DNA of 64,000 nt from Balanoglossus misakiensis (taxonomy: Eukaryota > Animalia > Hemichordata). The stretch lies in assembly GCA_040954595.2 (NCBI GenBank), contig CM082578.2, positions 3,888,831 to 3,952,830 of the forward strand, in the 5' to 3' direction. Both the position numbers and the translations under genes were made by a program. Of the stretch, positions 48,784-62,542 are shown piece by piece; the stretch's first letter is position 1; each line of letters starts with the position of its first letter. The notes under the pieces are model-generated. The model had not been told where the DNA came from. It saw only the letters and a program-made list of their open reading frames with translations, and did not search any database.

Positions 48784-51700
48784 CAACATTGAGGCATTAT
48801 GCATATAGTAATTAAAACCCGTGTTACATACAACTGGTATTGGGGAGGGATAATGGGGTTTGAGACTTACGGGTCCCCATTTGGAGATTGTTGGGCAGGG
48901 GGGGGGGGGGGTTGTAAACATTTATTATTTACTCTTAGGTTACCCTGGTGCTAATTGTCACATTTGATATCAAGCTGTTACTGTTTTATCGTGATGCGAG
49001 ACTAATGTATTTGATTGTCTATCATTTCTGAGCCATTTGTTTGACACGGCTGCAGTGATTTCATTGAAATGACATGGTTCACATGCAATTAGTTACATGG
49101 ATCATGATATTATCATGTTGTAGGTGATTGTGCACACATACCTGCTTATTGATGTATTTTAAAGCACAACAATTTATAACATGCTACAAAAGTAGAAGTC
49201 AGTGGTGGCCATGCATTTATGATTTCTGATGCATGTGACTTTTACGCAAATATACCAGAAATATTGTGTTCACACTGGATGTGACCTATTGTTGTGATGT
49301 TATCCATTATATGCACCTGACTGTCATTTCTTGATGATTTTATTTATTCCAGAACTGTCATTTGTGATATGTATTTCAACTGATTCATCAAAACTCACAC
49401 GGTGTTAGTCCTACGTGAATGTAATTGTCATAATTCCAGCCTGGCACTTTGTCACTGTTATTAGCAGACATGCTATCAAAAGTGTGAGTAATAACAGTCC
49501 CAATAGCCTGCTTACAGTGTTCTCCAGAGGATTTTGGGAAAGCATGGATGTGAATTTACATAACAATACAATCAATTATTATGTTAACTAAGTTATACAA
49601 TGTATAATTATGTAGCCTTAATCAGTGGTTCCCACTATGTTTTATGTAATACCCATAAGTAAGGCTTATTTAAATAAACCATTGTAAGTGTAAAGTTCAT
49701 AATGACAAATATGCCAAAATTGTAAATATTCAAGCTTGTATGAAACATTTCAGTCATTTACCAAGGCATTTTTATTCTGTTGACAATGAAATGGAAATTG
49801 GTAAATGGAAATTCCATAAGAATAAGGTTAATTTAAGAATAATTACACAACTTAACATTAAAAATGGATTTTTAATTACGCTGTATGTAAAGTACCATTA
49901 GGGGAAATGTGTTAAACACATAGTTTGATTTATAATTGGTAAAACATTAGCACCAGGGTAGCCTAGGTTTATAAATGTTTTAATCCTTTTTGTAAATTTG
50001 TGAAATCTATTTTTATGCATTTTCCTTATGTTATCTACTCAATGACCACATACATTGTATAATACCACTGTCTACCTTTGTGTCTGTCAGGCTGTCATGA
50101 ATGGCTTAAGTTAATACACTGAATTAAATTCATTATATAGACATTTGTGAAGCAATTTTAACAACTTGTTTGAAGTATAGTACGGTCTTTCAGTGCAGGA
50201 TGGTTGCTTTCAGTTTCACAAAACAATATAAATTGCCCATCAAAGACACAATTTTTGGGGATACATGCACCAAGACAAACATCGTGGAATGGCAATCCCA
50301 AAATTATCCTTATATAACTGGTATTCAGACTTGTATTCTGTGAATCATCATTGCTATTTATGTAGAACAACATGCTGTAACTCCAGTAGCAATAACTGAA
50401 CCACTGCGTATAAAGCAAAGAGTGTACACTGAAATGTCACTATTGCTTTAGTCCCAAACATTTAGAATGAGCATGGTTATTTACAGGTCCAAAGTAACCC
50501 ACAAACACTGACACTATCAGGTTTGCATCACAGATGTGTCAGTCCCAATAATTTATTAGTTATATAATTTTTATGTCATTTTATTATATTTGTTAGTATA
50601 GAGAATCTGATATACACCACAGTACATGAAGGAATTTTACTTTCCTGATTTTTGTCCCCTATTAGTACTACACTATAAATACGTGAACTATTTGAAAAAA
50701 TTCACAGCACTGATTGCAAGAACTTATGTAACTGTATTCATAGCGAAGTTTAATATTTAACTATATTTATTCTTGAATTATTGACATCAGTTTTGTGTTA
50801 TTCCATATGCTATTATTGTCAAGAGGTGATTTATATCCTCATGTGACCTGCACTGACCCATACATATACTCAGAATGCCAAATGTATTGGGTGTGTTCAA
50901 CAGTTATGGCCTTAACTTTCATGTCACACTATCCCGTTAGTAACTATTCAGATCTTAGAGGTTCTTTTTGTTAATGAACAGGGAGTGAACGATGGGTTAT
51001 CTTAATGATAACCACACTCATATTTATATCCGATTAAGATTCTTTTTCCAGAATATGTCACCTGTCATCACCAATCCATGAATTACTTTTTATAGTGTCA
51101 GAAGATGATTTTATAAGTTGAACATTTTCCAGAAGGTCCACTATAGTGCACTGACATCAGTGTAATGATTACATAAGATTTAATGTGAGTTTGAATGACT
51201 GGGTTCTTCCCATTTGCATATTTATATGTTCACACCTGGTATTTATTACTTAGGTGAAGTTGATGAGCTAGTAGTCTGCAAACAATAGAGATTTAAATAC
51301 AGAGGTCAAGCAGGCCAATCAGTTATGGCTACCTTTATTTGGGATTTGTCAGTAGACTTTCACATCTCACTGGGAGTGCCTACAAGACAGAACTCTACTT
51401 GTTTTCTGTGTCACTCCAATCTATTCACTACTAGACGACCAGTTCAGCAAATTGCAGTCCAGAAAAACTACGAACTGTTCACTCTTAAGCAAGTCCATTA
51501 TACAGGGGATGCCACTTCTGCAACATTGCAATCTTTTGCAATTAAAGTCTTACACATTCACACGTCTAGCTAATCCTATGCACCTCTGAACTCGGACTTC
51601 GCATGTGACCAATTCTTTGGCATGCTTTGTGCACGGAATGTTTACAAGACAAGATATATGGGACTGAATTTAGACAATATGTGATTTAGCTATGGTGTAG

Positions 51701-53624
51701 ATTTATTCTGCAATGTTGCTACTTGTATTGTTTGTCAATGAAATTATATTATTTGGTCTTTGACCAAAATCAACGTAATTCAATTTGTGTCAGTGTGGTC
51801 TTTTTTCTACGCCAATATTCTACCCTGGCCACTAATTTTTGGTTAGGAATAAATTATGTCACAATGTGTCATTTGACCCTTTTGTGACACATAGCTGTTG
51901 TATTTTTTAGGTACACAATGCAATTGATAATATAAGTTGACCCGGAATGAGATATGCACATAATTACTTATGCAAAGTGATTAGGTGCTCCATCCCACCA
52001 AATGCCAAGGCTCTATCTGCTTATAGGATGCTGAGATATGGGGAAAAGGGTCCAAGGTCCCCTGAGGGAAATAAATGTTGACCCCATACTGGTCCATGTC
52101 CAAGGAAAACCAAACCCCTAGCCCTATCTGTTTGCCTTTAATTAGGTATGCACATAATTAATGAGTTAAGCAGTTGGGCTTTTGTATTTTGGTCCCTGTA
52201 GTGCTCACTGGCCAACAGACACTTGGATAAAAAACAAAGCCTTAGCCCTATAGGTTAGCCTTGAATTAGATATGCAGACAAATGAAGTGTCAAAAGTAGG
52301 TTAAAGGTCATTGCCAAAATACCGAAATATTTGGGTCATGTCCTTGCAGCGAAAGTACCTATGTCAATTCAGAACTGTGGTGCTTTTACAACAGGAGCTA
52401 TAAGGCATATGCACTTATTATTAGGTTCTTTACAAACTGGGTCAAAGGTCATGTGAAAATTGCCAACCAGCGAATGCCAAGGCTGTATCTGCTGTGGATA
52501 CCGAGATATGGGAAAGTAGGTCAAAGGTCACCTGAGGTCTCCCCAAATTTGGGCAAAAAAAATGGACCCAATACTAGTCTAGGTCCAACAAAAACCAGAC
52601 CACTAGCTCTATTGGTTCGCCTAGAATTAGGTATGCGCATAATTAATGAGGTCTTGTGTAAGACTCCATATGTGCTCCATCGGCCCCCCAAAAGCCAGGA
52701 CTCTAACTGCTGTGGATGCTGAGATATGGGAAAGTAGATCAAAGGTCATCCAAGGTCACCAAAAATTTGGGCATAAAATTTTGAGCCCAGAGTGGGCCAT
52801 GTCCAACTAAAACCAGACCTCTAGCCCTATTGGTTAGCCTGGAATTTAATGATGTTTCAGAAATAGGTCAAGGGTCATTGCCAAAATTACCAAAATATTT
52901 GTGTCATGTCCTGGCAGCATTGGTACCCATGTCCACAAAATTCATGACTGTGGTGCTTTGACAAGAGGAGATATGGGGAATATGCGTGTATAATTAGTTG
53001 TTTTAAAACTGGGTCAAAGGTCACGTGAAAATTTCCCCGAAAAATTGTGACAACTTCCTGGCATATGATGACTCATATCCAAAAAAAGAATTGCCGTGCT
53101 GTCAACATTTTGGCTACAAAACGGAATTTTCATTTTTCAATGGTTTTCCGAAAATCCAACATGGCCGCCATAATGATTGACCAATCACAGTGCGCTTTGC
53201 AAACTTGATAGACATAGGTTAGGTGACCACATACCCCGAATCCCGTGACTCGGCAATCGCTGGTTCTGGAGAAGAAGATTTTTAAAGTTTTAAGTAGTTT
53301 TTCAGAAAAACAATTGTAGCAAAAAAACGGTATGTGTGACGTCATGATTTCAATTGGGTAAAATGATGGACAGAAGGTAGGCTGCCTGCACACCAAATTT
53401 GAAGTCGATCGGCCCAGTAGTTTTTGAGAAGGACTCGTTTAACGATTTTCAGGAAATCCAATATGGCCGCCAGGTCACGTGACTAATTAAATATTCACGA
53501 GCCACTGCACGTCTACTCATTGGCCCCTATCACCCTACCAAGTTTCAGCCCCCTAGGTGCTGCCGTTTTCCAGATCTACCTGGCCGATTTTTGCAGAAGA
53601 AGAAGAAGAAGAAGAATAAAGAAG

Positions 53625-55089
53625 AATTAAAGCTGCGAGCAGCATTGTCGGGCCCAAGCGCTGATCTTGAATTATATATGCACAGTATGAATGAGAAGAA
53701 ACAGAATTTTCTATCGGATGTATTATCTCATGACATAACAAGGATGTGTGTATTTTTGCTGCTGAAATACGGTGAAGTAGGTCAAAGGTCACCTGAGGTC
53801 ACCCAACATTTGGGCAATTTTTTTTTACCCATACTGGTCCATGTCCAACAAAAACCAAAACTCTAGCTCTATTGGTTCGCCTCTAATTAGGTATGTGCAT
53901 ATTTAGTGAGGTCAGCTTGTGTCACAGGTGACCCAAAAATGTGGCTTTACATTTTGGTCCCATCCTACCAAATGCCATGGCTGTATCTGCTCTGGATGCT
54001 GAGATATGCGAAAGTAGGTCAAAGGTCACCCAAAATTTGGGCAAAAAATTTTGATCCCATACTGGTCCGTGTCCAACAAAAACCAAACCTCTAGCTCTAT
54101 TGGTTCGCCTGTAATTAGCTATGCACATAATTAATGAGGTCAGCAGAGGTCAAAGGGATCATGAAAAGTAGCAAAATATTTTGATCACACACTAATCCAC
54201 ATTCATCAAAAACCAAACGTCTAGCCCTATAGGTTAGCCTGGAATTAGATATGCAGAAATAATAACGTGTGATAAGTAGGTCAAAGGTCATGTGAAAAAT
54301 CGCCAAAAAATTGTAACATATTTTAGTCACATGACGATTGATATCCATAAAAAGAATTTGTATGCTATCAATTTTTAGACTAGAAAAAGGAATTTCAATT
54401 TTTCAATGCTTTTTACAAAATCCAATATGGCCGCCATAATCTTCGACCAATCACAATGCTCTTTGCAAACTTGATAGACATCAGTGTAGTGACCATACTC
54501 CCCGAATCTTGCGACTCAGTCATCGCCCGTTCTGGAGAAGAAGATTTTTGGAGTTTAACTATGGTTTTTCTAAAATCCAATATGGCCGCCATAATCTTCG
54601 ACCAATCACAATGATCTTCGCAAACTTGATAGACATCAGTTAGGTGACCACATACCCCAAACCCCGTGTCTCGGTTATCACTGGTTCTGGAGAAGAAGAT
54701 TTTTGAAATTTAAGCCAGATTTCAGAAAAAAAATTGTAGCAAAAAAACTGCAACATTGACAGCAAAATTTCCAATTACAAAAATGATGGGTAGAAGGTAG
54801 TCTACCTGCATGCCAAATTTGAAGTCGATCTGACTTGTAGTTTCTGAGATCTGAGATTTGAATTTTTTCAGAAAATCCAATATGGCCGCCAGGTCACGTG
54901 ACTAATTAATTATTCACAAGTCACTGCACATCTACTCATTGACCTTGACCACTGTAGCAAGTTTGAGAAGTGTACCTGCAGTAGTTTCAGAGATCTCGTT
55001 GGCCGAAGAAATTGACACAAGAAAAAAGAAAGAAAGAAAAACCCCAACGAAACCAATAGGGCCCAAGCGCTTGCGTGCGCTTGGGCCCT
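53625..55089 (-). mobile_element. Complete family-A non-autonomous element inserted just inside the left end of autonomous element B
   Basis: Left hairpin 55058-55089 lies 21 nt from the B hairpin; right end 53625-53661; the B-type body resumes below 53625. Confidence 0.85.
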
Positions 55090-55145
55090 AAATATTCCAA
55101 CAATAACAATGGGGGCACAAGCCGCCTGAGGGCGCTTGTGCCCCC

Positions 55146-58100
55146 AATTAAAGCTGCAAGCAGCGTTGGGGGGGCACAAGCGGTTCCCATTGTAACCAGC
55201 AAATGCCAAGGCTGTATCTGCTGTGGATACCAAGATATGGGAAAGTAGGTCAAAGGTCACCTGAGGTCACCCCAAATTTGGGCAAAAATATTGGACCCCA
55301 TACAAGTCTAGGTCCAACAAAAACAAGACCCCTGGCTCTATTGGTTCGCCTAGAATTAGGTATGCGCATAATTAATGAGGTCTTGTGTAAGACTCCATAT
55401 GTGCTCCATCTGCCACCCAAAAGCCATGACTCTAACTGCTGTGGATGCTGAGCTATGGGAAAGTAGATCAAAGGTCATCCAAGGTCACGCAAAATTTGGG
55501 CATAAAATTTTGACCCCAGAGTGGCCCATGTCCAACTAAAACCAGACCTCTAGCCCTCTTGGTTAGCCTGGAATTAGATATGCAGAAAAATGATGTTTCA
55601 GAAATAGGTCAAGGGTCATTGCCAAAATTACCAAAACATTTGTGCCATGTCCTGGCAGCATTAGTACCCATGTCCACAAAATTCATGACTGTGGTGCTTT
55701 GACAAGAGGAGGTATGGGGAATATGCATATATAATTAGTTGTTTTAAAACTGGGTCAAAGGTCATGTGAAAATTACCCCGAAAAATTGTGACAACTTCCG
55801 GTCATATGATGACTCATATCCAAAAAAAGAAGTTCTGTGCTGTCAATATTTTGGCTACAAAACGGAATTTTCATTTTTCAATGGTTTTCCGAAAATCCAA
55901 CATGGCCGCCATAATGGTCGACCAATCACAGTGCGCTTCGCAAACTTGATAGACATAGGTTAGGTGACCACATGCCCCAAATCCCGTGACTCGACAATCG
56001 CTGGTTCTGGAGAAGAAGATTTTTAAAGTTTTAAGTAGTTTTTCAGAAAAACAATTGTAGCAAAAAAAATTTATGTGTGACGTCATGATTTCAATGGGGT
56101 AAAATGATGGACAGAAGGTAGGCTACCTGCACACCAAATTTGAACTCGATCGGCCCAGTAGTTTTTGAGAAGGACTCGTTTAACGATTTTCAGGAAATCC
56201 AATATGGCCGCCAGGTCACGTGACTAATTAAATATTCACGAGCCACTGCACGTCTACTCATTGGCCCCTATCACCCTACCAAGTTTCAGCCCCCTAGGTG
56301 CAGCGGTTTTCCAGATCTACCTGGCCGAATTTCTCGGAAGAAGAAGAAGAAGAAGAATAAAGAAGAATTAAAGCTGCAAGCAGCATTGTCCGGGCCCAAG
56401 CTCTATTATCTGATCTGATTATTAGATATGCATATAATTAATGAGTAGAAACATAATGCTGTGTTTTATCCCATGAAATATCAAGGTTATATCTATGTTT
56501 GGTGTTGATATAGTGTTAAGTAGGTCAAAGGTCACCCAGAGGTCACCCACAATTTGGGCAGAAAATTTTGATCCATAGTGGTCCATGTCCAACAAAAACC
56601 AGACCTCTAGCCCTTTTGGTTAGCCCGGAATTAGGTATGCACATAAATAATGAGTTAAGCAGGTGTCAAAGGTGACCCAAAACTTTGGCTTTTCATTATG
56701 GCCCCATACCTCCAAACGCCAAGGTTGTATCTGCTGTGGATGTCGAGATATGCAAAAGTAGGTCAAAGGTCACCCGAGGTCACCCAACATTTGGGCAAAA
56801 CATTTTGACCCCATACTGGTCCATGTATAACAAAAACAAAACCTCTAGGTCTATTGGTTCATCATTAATTAGGTATGCGCATATTTAATGAGGTCAGCAG
56901 AGGTCAAAGGGGTCATGAAAAGTAGCAAAATATTTTGATCACACACTAATCCACATGCATCAAAAACAAAACGTCTAGCCCTATAGGTTAGCCTGGAAAT
57001 AGATATGCAGAAATAATAATGTGTGAAAAGTAGGTCAAAGGTCATGTGAAAAATCGCCAAAAATTTGTAACATATTGTAGTCATATGACGATTGATATCC
57101 ATAAAAAGAATTTGTATGCTATTAATTTTTATACTAGAAAAAGGAATTTTAATTATTCACTGCTTTTTACAAAATCCAATATGGCCGCCATAATCTTCGA
57201 CCAATCACATTCCTCTTCGCAAACTTGATAGACATCTGTTTAATGACCACACACACCAAATCTTGCGACTCGGTTATCGCCGGTTCTTGAGAAGAAGATT
57301 TTTGAAATTTTACTAGGGTTTTTCGAAAATCCAATATGGCCGCCATAATCTTCGACCAATCACAATGATCTTCGCAAACTTGATAGACATCAGTTAGGTG
57401 ACCACATACACCAAACCCCGTGTCTCGGTTATCACCGGTTCTGGAGAAGAAGATTTTTGAAATTTAAGTTAGATTTCAGAAAAAAAATTGTAGCAAAAAA
57501 ACTGCAACTTTGTCAGCATAATTTCCAATTACAAAAATGATTGACAGACGGTAGTCTACCTGCACGCCAAATTTGAAGTTGATCTGACTTGTAGTTTCTG
57601 AGATCTGAGATTTGCATTTTTTCAGAAAATCCAAGATGGCCGCCAGGTCATGTGACTAATTAAAAATTCATGGGTTCAATGCACGACTACTCATTGACCT
57701 TGACCACTGTAGCAAGTTTGAGAACTGTACCTGCAGTGGTGTCTGAGATCTAGAGCGACAAAGAATTGACAGAAGAATAAAGAAAGAAGAAAGAAAGAAT
57801 TAAAGCTGCAAGCAGCATTGTCCGGGCCCAAGCTCTATTATCTGATCTGATATTAGATATGCACATAATTAATGAGTAGAAACATAATGCTCTGTTTTAT
57901 CCCATGAAATATCAAGGTTATATCTATGTTTGGTGTTGATATAGTGTAAAGCAGGTCAAAGGTCTCCCAGGGGTCACCCACAATTTGGGCAGAAAATTTT
58001 GACCCATAGTGGTCCATGTCCAACAAAAACCAGACCTCTAGCCCTTTTGGTTAGCCTGGAATTAGGTATGCACATAAATAATGAGTTAAGCAGGTGTCAC

Positions 58101-61100
58101 AGGTGACCCAAAACTTTGGCTTTTCATTATGGCCCCATACCTCCAAACGCCAAGGCTGTATCTGCTGTGGATGTCGAGATATGCAAAAGTAGGTCAAAGG
58201 TCACCCAAGGTCACCCAACATTTGGGCAAAATATTTTGACCCCATACTGTATAACAAAAACAAAACCTCAAGGTCTATTGGTTCATCATTAATTAGGTAT
58301 GTGCATATTTAATGAGGTCAGCAGAGGTCAAAGGGGTCATGAGAAGTAGCAAAATTTTTTGATCACATACAAATCCACATACATCAAAAACCAAACTTAT
58401 AGCCCTATTGGTTAGCCTGGAATTAGATATGCAGAAAAATGATGCGTCAAAAGTAGGTCAAAGGTCATTGCCAAAATTACCAAAATATTTATAGCTTATT
58501 CTTGTCATATGATGATTCATATCAATAAAAAGAATTTCTGTGCTATCAATTATTAGGCTAGAAAATGAATTTTTACTTTTTAATCGTTTTTCACAAAATC
58601 CAATATGGCCGCCATAATCTTCGACCAATCACATTCATCTTCGCAAACTTGATAGACATCTGTTTAATGACCACACACACCAAATCTTGTGACTCGGTTA
58701 TCGCCGGTTCTTGAGTAGAAGATTTTTCAAATTTTACTAGGGTTTTTCGAAAATCCAATATGGCCGCCATAATCTTGGACCAATCACTATGATCTTCGCA
58801 AACTTGATAGACATCAGTTAGGTGACCACATACCCCAAACCCCGTGTCTCGGTTATCACCGGTTCTGGAGAAGAAGATTTTTGAAATTTAGGCCAGATTT
58901 CAGAAAAAAAATTGTAGCAAAAAAACGGCAACTTTGTCAGCATAATTTCCAATTACAAAAATGATGGGCAGAAGGTAGTCTACCAGCATGCCAAATTTGA
59001 AGTCGATCTGACTTGCAGTTTCTGAGATCTGAGATTTGCATTTTTTCAGAAAATCCAATATGGCCGCCAGGTCATGTGACTAATTAAGTAATCACAAGTC
59101 ACTGCACATCTACTCATTGACCTTGACCACTGTAGCAAGTTTGAGAAGTGTACCTGCAGCAGTGTCTGAGATCTCGTTGGCCAAAGAATGGAACCAAGAA
59201 TAAAGAAAGAAAGACAGAAAAACCCAGACGAAACCAATAGGGCCCAAGCGCTTGCATGCGCTTGGGCCCTAAAGAAGGAAAGACAGATTAAAGCTGCAAG
59301 CAGCATTGTCCGGGCCCAAGCTCTATTATCTGATCTGATTATAAGATATGCACATAATTAATGAGTAGAAACATAATGCTGTGTTTTATCCCATGAAATA
59401 TCAGGGTTATATCTGTTTGGTGCTGATATAGTGTTAAGTAGGTCAAAGGTCACCCAGGGGTCACCCATAATTTTGGCAGAACATTTTGACCCATAGTGGT
59501 CCATGTCCAACAAAAGCCAGACCTCTAGCCCTTTTGGTTAGCCCGGAATTAGGTATGCACATAAATAATGAGTAAAGCAGGTGTCACAGGTGACCCAAAA
59601 CTTTGGCTTTTAATTATGGCCCTATGCCTCCAAACGCCAAGGCTGTATCTGCTGTGGATGTCGAGATATGCAAAAGTAGGTCAAAGGTCACCCGAGGTCA
59701 CCCAACATTCGGGCAAAATATTTTGACCCCATACTTGTCCATGTCCAACAAAAACCAAACCTCTAGCTCTATTGGTTCGCCCGTAATTAGCTATGCACAT
59801 AATTAATGAGGTCAGCTGAGGTCAAAGGGGACATGGAAAGTAGCAAAATATTTTGATCACACACTAATCCACATGCATCAAAAACCAAATGTCTAGCCCT
59901 ATTGGTTAGCCTGTAATTAGATATGCAGAAAAATGATGCATCAAAAGTAGGTCAAAGGTCATTGCCAAAATTACCAAAATATTTATAGCTTATTCTTGTC
60001 ATATGATGAGTCATATCCATAAAAAGAATTTCTGTGCTATCAATATTTAGGCTAGAAAGGGAATTTTTACTTTTTAATCGTTTTTCACAAAATCCAATAT
60101 GGCCGCCATAATCTTCGACCAATCACATTCCTCTTCGCAAACTTGATAGACATCTGTTTAATGACCACACACACCAAATCTTGTGACTCAGTTATCGCCG
60201 GTTCTTGAGAAGAAGATTTTTGAAATTTTACTAGGGTTTTTCGAAAATCCAATATGGCCGCCTTAATCTTCGACCAATCACAATGATCTTCGCAAACTTG
60301 ATAGACCTCAGTTTGGTGACCACATACCCCAAACCGCGTGACTCGGTTATCGCCGGTTCTGGAGAAGAAGATTTTTGAAATTTTGACCAGATTTCAGAAA
60401 AACAACTGTAGCAAAAAATCTGCAACATTGACAGCAAAATATCCAATTACAAAAATGATGGGCAGAAGGTACACTACCAGCACACCAAATCTGAAGTAAA
60501 TCTGACTTGTAGTTTCTGAGATCTGAGATTTGCATTTTTTCAGAAAATCCAATATGGCCGCCATGTCACGTGACTAATTAAAAATTCAAGAGTTCAATGC
60601 ACGACTACCCATTGACTTTGACCACTGTAGCAAGTTTGAGAAGTGTACCTGCAGCGGTGTCTGAGATCTAGAGCGACAAAGAAATGACACAAGAATAAAG
60701 AAAGAAAGAAAGATTAAAGCTGCAAGCAGCATTGTCCGGGCCCAAGCTCTATTATCTGATCTGATTATTAGATATGCACATAATTAATGAGTAGAAACAT
60801 AATGCTGTGTTTTATCCCATGAAATATCAAGGTTATATCTATGTTTGGTGTTGATATAGTGTTAAGTAGGTCAAAGGTCATCTGAGGTCACCCAAAATTT
60901 GGGCAGAAAATTTTGACCCATAGTGGTCCATGTCCAACAAAAACCAGACATCTAGCCCTTTTGGTTAGCCCGGAATTAGGTATGCACATAAATAATGAGT
61001 AAAGAAGGTGTCACAGGTGACCCAAAACTTTGGCTTTTCATTATGGCCCCATACCTCCAAATGCCAAGACTGTACCTGCTTTGGATGCCGATATATGCAA

Positions 61101-62542
61101 AAGTAGGTCAAAGGTCATCTGACTTCATCCAAAATTTGGGCAGAAAATTTTGACCCATAGTGGTCCATGTCCAACAAAAACCAGACATCTAGCCCTTTTG
61201 GTTAGCCCGGAATTAGGTATGCACATAAATAATGAGTAAAGCAGGTGTCACAGGTGACCCAAAACTTTGGCTTTTCATTATGGCCCCATACCTCCAAACG
61301 CCAAGGCTGTATCTGGTGTGGATGTCGAGATATGCAAAAGTAGGTCAAAGGTCACCCGAGGTCACCCAACATTTGGGCAAAATATTTTGACCCCATACTG
61401 GTCCATGTATAACAAAAACAAAACCTCTAAGGTCTATTGGTTGATCATTAATTAGGTATGCGCATATTTAATGAGGTCACCAGAGGTCAAAGGGGTCATG
61501 AAAAGTAGCAAAATTTTTTGATCACATACAAATCCACATACATCAAAAACCAAACTTATAGCCCTATTGGGTAGCCTGGAATTAGATATGCAGAAAAATG
61601 ATGCGTCAAAAGTAGGTCAAAGGTCATTGCCAAAATTACCAAAATATTTATAGCTTATTCTTGGCATATGATGATTCATATCCATAAAAAGAATTTCTGT
61701 GCTATCAATTTTTAGGCTAGAAAGGGAATTTTTACTTTTTAATTGTTTTTCACAAAATCCAATATGGCCGCCATAATCTTCGACCAATTACATTCCTCTT
61801 CGCAAATTTGATAGACATCTGTTTAATGACCACACACACCAAATCTTGTGACTCAGTTATCGCCGGTTCTTGAGAAGAAGATTTTTGAAATTTTACTAGG
61901 GTTTTACGAAAATCCAATATGGCCGCCATAATCTTCGACCAATCACAATGATCTTCGCAAACTTGATAGACATCAGTTAGGTGACCACATACCCAAAACC
62001 CCGTGTCTTGGTTTTCACTGGTTCTGGAGAAGAAGATTTTTAAAATTTAAGCCAGATTTCAGAAAAAAAATTGTAGCAAAAAACTGCAACTTTGTCAGCA
62101 TAATTTCTAATTACAAAAATGATGGGCAGAAGGTAGTCTACCAGCTTGCCAAATTTGAAGTCGATCTGACTTGTAGTTTCTGAGATCTGAGATTTGCATT
62201 TTTTCAGAAAATCCAAGATGGCCGCCAGGTCACGTGACTAATTAAAAATTCAAGGGTTCAATGCACGACTACTCATTGACCTTGACCACTGTAGCAAGTT
62301 TCAGAAGTGTACCTGCAGCGGTGTCTGAGATCTCGTGGGTCAAAGAATTGACACAAGAATAAAGAAAGAAAGAAAGTAAAATTCCAACGAAACCAATACG
62401 GGCCCAAGCCTGGCTTGGCTTGGGCCCGTAAAAAACCCCAACGAAACCAATAGGGCCCAAGCGCTGGCTTGCGCTTGGGCCCTAAATATTCCAACAATAA
62501 CAATGGGGGCACAAGCCGCCTGAGGGCGCTTGTGCCCCCAAT
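55146..62542 (-). mobile_element. Non-autonomous family-B element (left end 62505-62539; body and right end 55146-56365) carrying four nested A-type bodies
   Basis: A left hairpins at 62452, 62397 and 59239; A right ends at 60713, 59287, 57798 and 56366; B right end at 55146-55182; the B body matches ~52480-53620. Confidence 0.8.

Larger units (their letters stand above)
36254..55145 (-). mobile_element. Putative full-length autonomous Helentron, family B (~18.9 kb including a nested A element)
   Basis: Left hairpin gggggcacaagc...gcttgtgccccc at 55111-55145; matching right end (minus strand gcttgtgccccgccaacgctgcttgcagctttaatt) at 36254-36290; encloses the 40968-48263 ORF. Confidence 0.8.
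36254..62542 (-). mobile_element. 26.3-kb composite insertion bounded by family-B ends, no clear target-site duplication
   Basis: The flanks ...actaaat (to 36253) and aagttcagacacc... (from 62543) are contiguous in the paralogous copy at 12441-12460 (cactaaataagttcagacac). The exact breakpoint is ambiguous by about 3 nt. Confidence 0.85.

Noticed and set aside
50158-50418. Possible captured host gene fragment (also 12631-13074)
   Set aside because: No recognisable motif, and not supportable without a BLASTX search.
29500-62540. One giant element with long terminal inverted repeats, or an inversion
   Set aside because: The opposite orientation of the 52-62 kb repeats is explained by the antisense 26-kb insertion, whose empty site is visible.
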